DNA of 33,531 nucleotides from a virus (IMGVR_UViG_3300037461_000242:1-33531); one strand, 5' to 3'. Shown: positions 1-7,337, counted from the stretch's first letter. The notes: generated by a model not told the origin, from the sequence alone. Numbers and translations are program-made.

Positions 1-28
1 TCTTGATCTTGTCACCCGGCTTGAACAC
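1..28 (-). CDS. 5' end of a hypothetical protein running off the window (MFKPGDKIK...)
   Basis: GTG at 28 preceded by GGAGGAG on the minus strand; overlaps the end of ORF 12..281. Confidence 0.45.
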
Positions 29-281
29 TGTCTCCTCCCTTCATGACGCGCCAGTAGAAGAAGCTGACCGCGTAGCTCTGCGCGCCCGTCGAGTAGTGGG
101 TGCCGTCGGGGCCAACCAGGGAGCACGCCTTGGTCGGGTTGAAGTTTCGGTGAGCCATCATGTACCCCTGGATCTTCCAGCCAGAGGTGAAGGGGAACAC
201 CAGGTCCACGAGGGCTCCGCGCTTCGCCCTGCTCTCGTTCGCCGCCCGGGTCACTTCCTTCTCGATCTCGCGCATCGTCAT
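12..281 (-). CDS. hypothetical phage protein
   Basis: ORF 12..296 trimmed to ATG 281 after GAGGTG SD; directly downstream of the promoter copy at 301-329. Confidence 0.65.
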   Translation of the reverse strand: MTMREIEKEVTRAANESRAKRGALVDLVFPFTSGWKIQGYMMAHRNFNPTKACSLVGPDGTHYSTGAQSYAVSFFYWRVMKGGDSVQAG

Positions 282-300
282 CTTGTCACCTCGCAATTAT

Positions 301-329
301 AAGGTAGCACGTGTATAGCAACCCGTCAA
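301..329 (-). promoter_or_regulatory. early-type promoter, conserved motif copy 1
   Basis: TTGACG-GGTTGCTATACACGTGC(17)-TACCTT on minus strand. Confidence 0.75.
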
Positions 330-414
330 TCAAAAATAAGCATAGGTTGTAACCCAGCGAAACTTCAGAGAATAAAATCGTGTCAGAAACATGGAGGACC
401 CCGCGTCTTTCTGA

Positions 415-443
415 TTGACAAACAAAGTGCAGGGAGCTACAAA
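415..443 (+). promoter_or_regulatory. sigma70-like promoter of the Y RNA/Ro60 unit
   Basis: TTGACA-17 nt-TACAAA; predicted +1 near 450-451 coincides with the 5' G of the first hairpin. Confidence 0.65.
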
Positions 444-450
444 GGGGACT

Positions 451-518
451 GGCGAACCGTAGCTTTGGGTTATCAGACTTGTAATCTGAACCTCTCCCAG
501 AGCAGTTATTTGTTCGCC
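451..518 (+). ncRNA. Y RNA-like ncRNA 1 (putative Ro60 ligand)
   Basis: 5' GGCGAAC pairs with 3' GUUCGCC, followed by C-G opposite UUG (bulged-C helix as in Y RNAs); 8-bp upper stem 462-469/496-503; internal 5-bp/7-nt hairpin; upstream of Ro60. Confidence 0.75.
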
Positions 519-533
519 TCTTTGAGCTTACGT

Positions 534-611
534 CTTCGGTGAACCGAAGTCGTTGGGTTACCTTCCAACAGCAAACCCAGCGGCGCCAAACTTGTCCACC
601 GAGGGTTTTTT
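534..611 (+). ncRNA. Y RNA-like ncRNA 2 (putative Ro60 ligand) ending in a U-tract
   Basis: CUUCGGUGAAC(C)GA pairs with UUGUCCACCGAGG (one A-C mismatch); 11-bp upper stem 549-559/574-584; shares GAACCG, UUGGGUUA and UUGU with RNA 1; T6 at 606-611. Confidence 0.75.
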
Positions 612-620
612 GCTCGGGCG

Positions 621-665
621 CTTCTCCGGCCCAAACTTGTCTCGCTTGGCGAGACCGACAGGAGG
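621..665 (+). promoter_or_regulatory. 5'-UTR hairpin resembling a circularly permuted Ro-binding helix, adjacent to the Ro60 Shine-Dalgarno
   Basis: CCAAACTTGTC (631-641) duplicates 586-596; GUCUCGC 639-645 pairs with GCGAGAC 649-655, followed by CGA; AGGAGG at 660-665. Confidence 0.55.
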
Positions 666-671
666 TAGATC

Positions 672-2300
672 ATGGACTACACGCGGCACTTCTCTACGGT
701 TGCAACTCCACAGACCCAGCCGATTCCGGGAGCCAAGACTCCCCAGGTCCCGAACTCCGCCGGGGGCTACTCCTGGGCGGTCGATGACTGGACCCGGCTG
801 GACCGCTTCCTCATCCTCGGCAGCGAGAAGGGGACCTACTACATCTCCGAGCATAAGCTGACCGTGGAGTGCGGGGAGGCAGCCCTTCGGTGCATCGCCA
901 AGGACGGACCTCGGGTGGTCGAGCGCGTCCGGGAGATCTCCGAGGCAGCTCGGGCGCCCAAGAACGATCCGGCTCTCTTTGTGCTGGCCCTCTGCATGAA
1001 GAAGGGTGACGAGCACACCCGGCGGCTGGCCTACCAGGTGATGCCGAAGGTGGCAAGGATCGGGACGCACCTGTTCCACCTGGCCCAGAGCCTCAAGGGG
1101 CTTGGTGGGATCAAGGGCTCGGGGATGACGCGGGCGTTCAAGCGCTGGTACCAGGAGAAGTCCGCCAAGGACCTCGCGTATCAGCTAGCCAAGTACCAGG
1201 CCCGGGATGGGTGGTCACACCACGACATCCTGAAGCTGGCGCATCCCTGCCCGAAGAACCCCCTCCAGGAGGGGATGTTCGGCTGGGTTCGGGAGGGCAT
1301 CCTCGCCAGCGAGGCCATCGAGTGGGCGGTGGAGAACGGTGAGGACGATGCAGTCTTCTTCCTCCAGGCGGTCAACGCTCTGCGTGGGGAGGAGAAGAAG
1401 GACGTGAAGGAGGTTTGCGGGCTGATCAGCGAGTTCCGACTCCCGATGGAGGTGGTCCCAAACGAGGTGAAGAATCATCCCGAGGTATGGGCAGCGATGC
1501 TCCCCCACATGGGGATCACGGCTGTGGTGCGGAACCTCGCCAAGATGACGAGCGTGGGGCTCCTGGTGCCCAACTCGACCGAGACCAAGTTCGTGACCGA
1601 TCTGATCACGAACGCGGAGCGGTTGAAGAAGGGGAAGGTCCATCCGATCCAGATGCTCCTGGCGATGGCGACCTACGCCTCGGGGCACGGGATGAAGGGG
1701 TCGTTGACCTGGACCCCGGTGCGGCAGATCGTGGACGCCCTGGACGAGGGCTTCTACCAGTCGTTCGGAGCGGTGGAGCCCGCAAACAAGAGGATCTGCT
1801 ACGCCCTGGACGTGTCCGCTTCGATGGACGGGAACCGGATCGCAGGGACCTACATCGACGCTCGGATGGGGGCGGCAGCGATGGCGCTGGTGTGCGCGCG
1901 GACGGAGGAGACCTGGGAGATGATGGGGTTCTCGCACACGCTGGTCCCGGTCAACATCTCCCCGCGTCAGCGGCTGGACGATGTGATCAAGACCATGCAG
2001 CGGATCCAGATGGGTGGGACGGACTGCGCGCTCCCCATGCGGTGGGCGGCTCAGGAGAAGAGGGACTTCGACGCCTTCGTGGTCCTCACGGACTCCGAGA
2101 CGTGGGCAGGTCGGAGCGGGCACCCGGCTCAGTGGCTCCAGCGCTACCGTCAGCAGCGGGCCATCGCCGCGAAGCTGGTCGTCGTGGGGATGTGCAGTTC
2201 GGGATTTTCTATTGCTGACCCTGACGACGGTGGGATGATCGACGTGGTAGGTTTCGACGCCTCGGCGCCGAACATCATCAGCGATTTCATCCGCGAGTAG
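672..2300 (+). CDS. rsr: Ro60/Rsr TROVE-vWA RNA-binding protein
   Basis: N-terminal VPNSAGGY and RFLILGSE..TYY; KYQARDGWSHHDILKLAH; RNLAKMT; vWA MIDAS DVSASM, GGTDC, TDSET; 542 aa with strong SD. Confidence 0.96.
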   Translation: MDYTRHFSTVATPQTQPIPGAKTPQVPNSAGGYSWAVDDWTRLDRFLILGSEKGTYYISEHKLTVECGEAALRCIAKDGPRVVERVREISEAARAPKNDPALFVLALCMKKGDEHTRRLAYQVMPKVARIGTHLFHLAQSLKGLGGIKGSGMTRAFKRWYQEKSAKDLAYQLAKYQARDGWSHHDILKLAHPCPKNPLQEGMFGWVREGILASEAIEWAVENGEDDAVFFLQAVNALRGEEKKDVKEVCGLISEFRLPMEVVPNEVKNHPEVWAAMLPHMGITAVVRNLAKMTSVGLLVPNSTETKFVTDLITNAERLKKGKVHPIQMLLAMATYASGHGMKGSLTWTPVRQIVDALDEGFYQSFGAVEPANKRICYALDVSASMDGNRIAGTYIDARMGAAAMALVCARTEETWEMMGFSHTLVPVNISPRQRLDDVIKTMQRIQMGGTDCALPMRWAAQEKRDFDAFVVLTDSETWAGRSGHPAQWLQRYRQQRAIAAKLVVVGMCSSGFSIADPDDGGMIDVVGFDASAPNIISDFIRE

Positions 2301-2469
2301 CCTTCTCCACTGGCTTCGGCTTGCAGTCTGGGCAGAAGTCGATCCTCCCCTTCTGAACCCATCCCTTGCTGCGTAGGTCAGCCCGCATCAGATGCGCCGG
2401 GCGCTTCCTGGGGTCTCCCCGTTCGCCTACCCGGTCGCAGCAGTTGCAGCGTACCTCCAGGATGATCAT
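2287..2469 (-). CDS. small Cys-rich (zinc-finger-like) protein
   Basis: CNCC...CPDC; ATGA overlap with upstream gene. Confidence 0.6.
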   Translation of the reverse strand: MIILEVRCNCCDRVGERGDPRKRPAHLMRADLRSKGWVQKGRIDFCPDCKPKPVEKATRG

Positions 2470-2789
2470 TTCTTCCTCTTCGTTCCGTAGGTCCCCTTCA
2501 GCTCCAACCCTATCCCCTTGGCAGCCGCTCGAAGCGGACCTACGTGGTGGTGGTTGTCGCAGGCGTCCCAGAGGTCCTGGATGCGCTGGCCTATGACCTC
2601 CAGGGGCTCTTCGATCTTCTCTACCGTGATCCTATAGCGACGAACCCGGACGTTACCCTCCCAGCAGGATGGCTTGTCCTGCCTGAGCTGGTTGACCGTG
2701 TAGAGTTCCATGGGCGTGAAGGTTTCGATGACGAGGGGACCCCTCTCCTCGGGGGTCCCCTCCTTCTTGACGACCTTCTTCTTGGTCAC
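2466..2789 (-). CDS. hypothetical phage protein
   Basis: GTG at 2789 overlapping the TGA of 2786..3475 (MTKKKVVKK...). Confidence 0.65.
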   Translation of the reverse strand: MTKKKVVKKEGTPEERGPLVIETFTPMELYTVNQLRQDKPSCWEGNVRVRRYRITVEKIEEPLEVIGQRIQDLWDACDNHHHVGPLRAAAKGIGLELKGTYGTKRKK

Positions 2790-3475
2790 AGGCCCAGCTC
2801 CGTCTGCTCGCCCGCCTTGATGACCTTGACCAGCCGGACCCTCGGATTGTCCAGCTTCTCCACGATCTTCTTGGCGCGCTCGGGGATGGTGTTCTCGTCC
2901 TCGATCACCAAGTCCACCCCCGTCGGTCTGAACGCGGTGAAGATCCCCTTCTTGGCCTTCTCGACCTCTTCCTTGCCCTCCGCGTCCATGACAGCGGGGA
3001 CCACCTTCCGGTGCGCCAGGTACACCACCGTCTTGCCCAGCTCGAAGCCCTTGGGCAGCGCCGGGAGCTTCCTGGAGACGCCCATGCGCCCCGCCTCGCG
3101 CATGAAGTCCTGGGGGGTGGGGTAGAACCCCTCCCCGACCCAGATGAGCCCGTGGCGCCCCTCGGGGGCTCCCAGGCCCATCGGGCAGGCCATGCAGTGC
3201 GCCAGGCTGCACTTGCTCTTCCAGTCCTCGGGGGTCTTCCAGTGCTCGCCCATGTTCACCCCCAGGAGGGCGCGGGGCTCGATCCAGGCCCAGGAGCGGG
3301 AGGGCTTGACCCCGCCACCGCAGCACGGGCACGCCTCCAGGAGGAAGGGCAGGCGGTCGCAGGCCACCGCCTCGCTCGGGCCGACCAGGTAGATCCCGAC
3401 CCCACCCTTCGAGGGCTTCCTGTACCCGCAGCCCCGGGGGCTCTCGATGCTCGTGTGAACCGTGAGGTTACTCAT
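2786..3475 (-). CDS. hypothetical phage protein with Cys motifs
   Basis: 229 aa, high GC3; RGCGYRK, CPCCG, CMACP motifs; AGGAG SD. Confidence 0.8.
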   Translation of the reverse strand: MSNLTVHTSIESPRGCGYRKPSKGGVGIYLVGPSEAVACDRLPFLLEACPCCGGGVKPSRSWAWIEPRALLGVNMGEHWKTPEDWKSKCSLAHCMACPMGLGAPEGRHGLIWVGEGFYPTPQDFMREAGRMGVSRKLPALPKGFELGKTVVYLAHRKVVPAVMDAEGKEEVEKAKKGIFTAFRPTGVDLVIEDENTIPERAKKIVEKLDNPRVRLVKVIKAGEQTELGL

Positions 3476-3488
3476 TGGAGGGCTCCTT

Positions 3489-3743
3489 TCAGTCGTTGGG
3501 TCCGGGGTTGCCCACGCAGGCGTCCCCCATCTGCTTCTTGAGGTACGTGACCGCCTCGGCGTCCACGCCGTACTGCTCGCAGGCGACGATCATCTTCTCG
3601 CAGATCGACCGCTGCCTCTTGACCTCCCCCTTCGGGCTCCGCTTCAGCCCGACCAGGTGATGGTAGGTCGCGATCTGGCAGCTCGTGAAGTACACCATCG
3701 CGTCGGGCAGCGTTCTGTGCTCCCTGTACTTGGCCCAGTTCAT
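3489..3743 (-). CDS. hypothetical protein
   Basis: ATG 3743 (MNWAKYREH) in ATGA overlap with 3740..3928. Confidence 0.65.
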   Translation of the reverse strand: MNWAKYREHRTLPDAMVYFTSCQIATYHHLVGLKRSPKGEVKRQRSICEKMIVACEQYGVDAEAVTYLKKQMGDACVGNPGPND

Positions 3744-3928
3744 AGCGCGCTCCCCATTGAGAAGTGGTCCTCGTCGTCGTAGTCTTCGGCTCCGTCCTCC
3801 GACTCGACGTTGACGCTGAAACCCTTCTTCTCCAAGCTCTGGATCAGGCGGTCCCTCTTGCCCTGGAGACCGCGCTCCGTTGCCGCCTCGATCTCTTTCT
3901 GGACCGTCAGCGTGACCATGACGCGCAT
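3740..3928 (-). CDS. small hypothetical protein with acidic tail
   Basis: abuts neighbours in a tightly packed minus-strand operon. Confidence 0.6.
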   Translation of the reverse strand: MRVMVTLTVQKEIEAATERGLQGKRDRLIQSLEKKGFSVNVESEDGAEDYDDEDHFSMGSAL

Positions 3929-4165
3929 CTACAGGCTCTCCGCGTCGAAGTGCATCCCACATTTGCAGCAGCAGTAGGCCAGCCGCGAGCCCGATTCCCC
4001 GTTGTCCTCGTGCGGCCCCATGTCGCCGCAGTCCGGGCACTCGATCCTGTTCTCCAGCACGTCCTTGCACGCCTTCGCCAGCCGCTCCAGGCCCCGATGG
4101 TCACCCTTCAGGAGCAGGTCCACCGCCATCGCGTCCGCACTCATCTTGGTCATCTTGCTAGCCAT
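3929..4165 (-). CDS. zinc-ribbon protein
   Basis: CPDCG...CCKCG; AAGGAG SD. Confidence 0.65.
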   Translation of the reverse strand: MASKMTKMSADAMAVDLLLKGDHRGLERLAKACKDVLENRIECPDCGDMGPHEDNGESGSRLAYCCCKCGMHFDAESL

Positions 4166-4409
4166 TGTCGTGCTCCTTGGACATCGAGTCCATGACTGCC
4201 AGGACGTGCCGTTCCTGGACGGTGTGTTTCATGGCGAGGAGCCGCTTGACCAGCTCTGCCTTGTTGAACCCCGCGAAGAGGGCGATCCGGACCATGCCCT
4301 GCGCGGGCTTGCTCATCCAGTCCTGGCCCCAGTCCTTGGGCAGCTCCCGAGCCCACTCGGCTCGAAGCCGGAACTCCAGAACCGCCAGCTCGTCCGCCGA
4401 CCTGGGCAT
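4158..4409 (-). CDS. hypothetical protein
   Basis: ATG 4409 (MPRSADEL) coupled by TGATG to upstream gene. Confidence 0.6.
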   Translation of the reverse strand: MPRSADELAVLEFRLRAEWARELPKDWGQDWMSKPAQGMVRIALFAGFNKAELVKRLLAMKHTVQERHVLAVMDSMSKEHDNG

Positions 4410-4591
4410 CAGTACCCCTCCGCCGCCAGGGCGCGAGCCCAGCCGCGAGCCTCCGGGAGGCTCTCGCAGGGGTAGGACTGCTTGAAGAAGTTCCCCGAGG
4501 GGAACCGGACGATCTGGGTGACCGTGAAGGTCCCCAGGTCGATGGAGACGGTGTTGGCGCTGCGGGAAGACACGATCTCGATCCGGTTCAT
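4409..4591 (-). CDS. hypothetical protein, first gene of cassette
   Basis: ATG 4591 after AAGGAG SD, just downstream of promoter copy 2. Confidence 0.65.
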   Translation of the reverse strand: MNRIEIVSSRSANTVSIDLGTFTVTQIVRFPSGNFFKQSYPCESLPEARGWARALAAEGY

Positions 4592-4615
4592 CTCGCTCTC
4601 CTTGCTTACAATTAG

Positions 4616-4644
4616 ACAGTAGCACGTGTGTATCAACCCGTCAA
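4616..4644 (-). promoter_or_regulatory. early-type promoter, motif copy 2
   Basis: TTGACG-GGTTGATACACACGTGC-TACTGT. Confidence 0.8.
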
Positions 4645-4716
4645 TCACAAAATGAAAGAAAAGTGAGCGCAGGGAGGCTTGGAGATCAGGGGGCTTCAGA
4701 GATGAAGGGAGGATGG

Positions 4717-6294
4717 CTAGCGGTCGTCTACGTCTGCCGCTGCGCGGAAGCGGATGAAGCGGCAGAACCTGGTGGCTCCAGTGTCGCCGGGGTCCTGCTG
4801 CTCTTTGTAGTCGATCCACTGTCCGTGGTAGCGCTTCTTGTGGTCCCAGATCTCCTCCCGGAGGTCCTGGGTGAACCCGCCGACGTGGATCCAGTTCTTC
4901 TCTCCCTTGGGGACCACCTGGAGGGACCCCAGGCGAGCGGCGGTCCGGAACGAAACGGTCTGGCTGCTGGAGTGAACGATGCGCTGACGGAGGTAGAGCG
5001 GGAGCTTGGACCAGAACCTGTCGAAGACGACTACCCCGGGGGAGGGAACCTCGTAGCCTGTCTTGGTCGCCACGACCTTTCCCCACTTTGCCATGATGGT
5101 GAGCAGATCCGCGACGACGGACTCTTCCACCTGGTCATGCCCCTTGCGCCCCCGCTTGAATCCCGTGATGAGCCCCGAGCGGTCTCGGGTAGGCTTGATC
5201 TTGAGCCAGCTCCTGGAGCGCTTGCAGACGTAGGGGGCTTCAGGGTCCTTGATGATGGAACCTTCGTACCCCTGCTCCAGGTAGCTTTCGTAGCACTGTC
5301 GGATGTCCTCCATAGTACGCACCACAGTGCGCTTGACGAGCCCCAGGGGGCCTTCCTTCCCCTCCAGGGCCAGGACTAGCTTGAGCTTCGCCCGGCGCTT
5401 CCTGAGCGGGAGGGAGCACGCTCCCAGCGAATACTGTCGGAGGGGGACCGCATCGAAGAGGCGGTACTCTACGGACTCCTCTATGTCCTTCGCCATCTCC
5501 TCAGAGACCTTCTTCCGGGGCTTCGCCAGGCTCAAGGTCTTGCGCCAGTCGGTCTGCCCCGTACTCCGGTCGAAACAGACCATCTCCCCATCCAGGACGA
5601 TCCCCTTGGAGCCCAGCTCCTGCAAGGCGCGCTCGATGTGGGGAAGGTGTTCTACGGGCTTGCCCCCTCGGGTCCACATGGTGACATTGCCCCTCTCATC
5701 GATCAGGGTGGTCACGCGGAGCCCATCGAGCTTGGGCTCCGACCACAGGAGGAAGGGCTCCTCCAGGACGGTGGTTCCCTTCGTTCGTTTCCCCTTGGTC
5801 TTCTTTTCCCACTCCTCGGCGAGCATGCACTTGTTGTAGGGGGCGTCTCCCCGGAGCAGGTCGGGCCAGATCTTCGGGATGGTCAGCTTTCCCACCCCGA
5901 TGCCCAGGTCCCGGTCAAAGACACGAGTGAACCACTTGTGCTCCAGCCTGGGGCAGGAGTTGAGGAACCTACGCAACAGGAGGAACCCCTCTTTGCCTGT
6001 CGCCTTGCGGGCTGAGAGATCTCCGCAGACCTCCTGGAGCCTATGAAAACGCTTTTCCACACCCCCGCTGCTCAGGACCCTCTTCTTCATGGTCTCACAG
6101 GTCCTGTCTGGGTAGACGTTGTAGCGCTGGGACCCATAGGCTAGCTGGATGATGACCTGGAGGGCTGGGTTTTCAGCGTGTTGCGCGAGAGTCTGCTCCT
6201 TGACCGTGCGGCTGGAAGATGCCTCCACACTTTCCAGGACTTCGATGGCTTCCTGGATCGTCGTCTTGTCCATGCTCTGGCTCCAAAATGGCAT
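4717..6294 (-). CDS. lig: ATP-dependent DNA ligase (start 6294 or 6273)
   Basis: motif I EPKLDGLR, VLDGEM, YRLFDAV, YEGSIIK, WLKIK; N-terminal DNA-binding domain with DLGIGVG; C-terminal OB fold. Confidence 0.93.
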   Translation of the reverse strand: MPFWSQSMDKTTIQEAIEVLESVEASSSRTVKEQTLAQHAENPALQVIIQLAYGSQRYNVYPDRTCETMKKRVLSSGGVEKRFHRLQEVCGDLSARKATGKEGFLLLRRFLNSCPRLEHKWFTRVFDRDLGIGVGKLTIPKIWPDLLRGDAPYNKCMLAEEWEKKTKGKRTKGTTVLEEPFLLWSEPKLDGLRVTTLIDERGNVTMWTRGGKPVEHLPHIERALQELGSKGIVLDGEMVCFDRSTGQTDWRKTLSLAKPRKKVSEEMAKDIEESVEYRLFDAVPLRQYSLGACSLPLRKRRAKLKLVLALEGKEGPLGLVKRTVVRTMEDIRQCYESYLEQGYEGSIIKDPEAPYVCKRSRSWLKIKPTRDRSGLITGFKRGRKGHDQVEESVVADLLTIMAKWGKVVATKTGYEVPSPGVVVFDRFWSKLPLYLRQRIVHSSSQTVSFRTAARLGSLQVVPKGEKNWIHVGGFTQDLREEIWDHKKRYHGQWIDYKEQQDPGDTGATRFCRFIRFRAAADVDDR

Positions 6295-6348
6295 AAACTT
6301 CAGTTTAGGCTTGCCTAGCCTACAGAATTCGGTTAGCTTGGGACGTTG

Positions 6349-6378
6349 AATCTAGCACAGTGTCCATCACCTTGTCAA
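6349..6378 (-). promoter_or_regulatory. promoter motif copy 3 (degenerate, 18-nt spacer) upstream of ligase
   Basis: TTGACA-AGGTGATGGACACTGTGC-TAGATT. Confidence 0.6.
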
Positions 6379-6395
6379 ACAGAGGAGAGCGTCTT

Positions 6396-6653
6396 ATGTC
6401 CACAAACGGAAAAAAGAAGTCCACGTCCACCGAGGGAGCAAAGCCCATCAAGAAGGTGAAGAAGACCGAGGAAGAAATCCCCATGCTGGTGGTGACCTCG
6501 AAGGTCAAGGACCTGATCAAGGGAACGGGCCTTCGGTGCTCCAGCGACTTCCCCACCGCTCTCAACAAGAGGATCTGGCGCGAGATCAAGACCGCCATCA
6601 AGCGCTGCCAGGGCAACAACCGCCAGACCGTCCGCGAAGTAGACGCCCTGTAG
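6396..6653 (+). CDS. bacterial-type histone-fold protein (Bd0055-like) with Lys-rich N-terminal tail
   Basis: LVVTSKVKDLIK...SSDF..AL...AIKRC..NNRQTVREVD matches the bacterial histone pattern with RxTVxxxD; AGGAG SD before ATG 6396. Confidence 0.85.
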   Translation: MSTNGKKKSTSTEGAKPIKKVKKTEEEIPMLVVTSKVKDLIKGTGLRCSSDFPTALNKRIWREIKTAIKRCQGNNRQTVREVDAL

Positions 6654-6666
6654 ATTATTGTCGCCC

Positions 6667-6837
6667 ATGTCGCGCGCCCCTCGATTCTGCGTCCCCCAAT
6701 TCACCAACATCTGCAAGGGCTGCGGCAAGCCGTTTTCCGCCAAGCGGACGAATACGGAATACTGCTACACGGATGAGTGCCAAGCTCTAAAGATGAAGCA
6801 CTACCGCGAACGTCTGAAGCTCGCCAAGACCGCGTAA
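6667..6837 (+). CDS. 56-aa zinc-finger-like protein (not in ORF track)
   Basis: MSRAPRFCVPQFTNICKGCGKPFSAKRTNTEYCYTDECQALKMKHYRERLKLAKTA; CxxC...CxxxxC plus basic helix. Confidence 0.6.
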   Translation: MSRAPRFCVPQFTNICKGCGKPFSAKRTNTEYCYTDECQALKMKHYRERLKLAKTA

Positions 6838-6878
6838 CTCTCCCTCCCCAAAAATGCGCGTGTGCCCCGAATAAAAGA

Positions 6879-6907
6879 TTGACGGGTTGATACACACGTG
6901 CTACTGT
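6879..6907 (+). promoter_or_regulatory. early-type promoter, motif copy 4
   Basis: TTGACG-GGTTGATACACACGTGC-TACTGT; 35 bp identical to copy 2. Confidence 0.8.
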
Positions 6908-6913
6908 CTAAGT

Positions 6914-7144
6914 ATGACGATGAAATGCAAGCGCTGCGGGAAGAGGACGAGCTGCGTGGACCTGTGCCTGACCTGCAAAACGGAGTTGCGGCGGGCCTTC
7001 AGAAGGGTGGAGAAGAACGGCATTCTCATCGACGTGGCCGGAGGCGCCTGGTGGGCGTGGGACCGGATCGGCAACGTCCTAGCTGGCCCGTGTGACCGTG
7101 GCGATCAGGTCCTCGTGGCCCTCGGGGAATATAGCCATGCGTAA
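6914..7144 (+). CDS. small Cys-rich protein, probably leaderless
   Basis: CKRCG...CLTC; ATG 6 nt after the -10 box. Confidence 0.6.
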   Translation: MTMKCKRCGKRTSCVDLCLTCKTELRRAFRRVEKNGILIDVAGGAWWAWDRIGNVLAGPCDRGDQVLVALGEYSHA

Positions 7145-7337
7145 GCCCCTCGACCTCGGCAACCTCACCGTTCGCACCACCAACGGCAAGCCCTTCACGG
7201 GCGAGCAGTCCCGGGAACTGGCCAAGCTGGTTTACCAGCGCTTTGGCTGCAATCTGGAGTCTGCTACCGCTGCCTGGCAGCGGATGCTCCAGAACTCATG
7301 CACCGAGCAGGACTTCGCGGAGCTGGTGGGCCTGTGA
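7137..7337 (+). CDS. hypothetical protein
   Basis: ATG 7137 after GGGGA; overlapping operon arrangement. Confidence 0.55.
   Translation: MRKPLDLGNLTVRTTNGKPFTGEQSRELAKLVYQRFGCNLESATAAWQRMLQNSCTEQDFAELVGL

Noticed and set aside
451-518. tRNA-Thr(UGU) gene
   Set aside because: Only an anticodon arm is present; there is no T-arm (GTTCRA), D-stem or CCA-type acceptor geometry, so it is treated as a Y-like RNA
539-861. ORFs 539..787 and 553..861
   Set aside because: They overlap the structured RNAs and the Ro60 frame, with no SD or plausible composition
4935-5140. Intein or intron in the ligase
   Set aside because: The frame is open and there are no Cys/Ser-start...His-Asn ends or LAGLIDADG motifs
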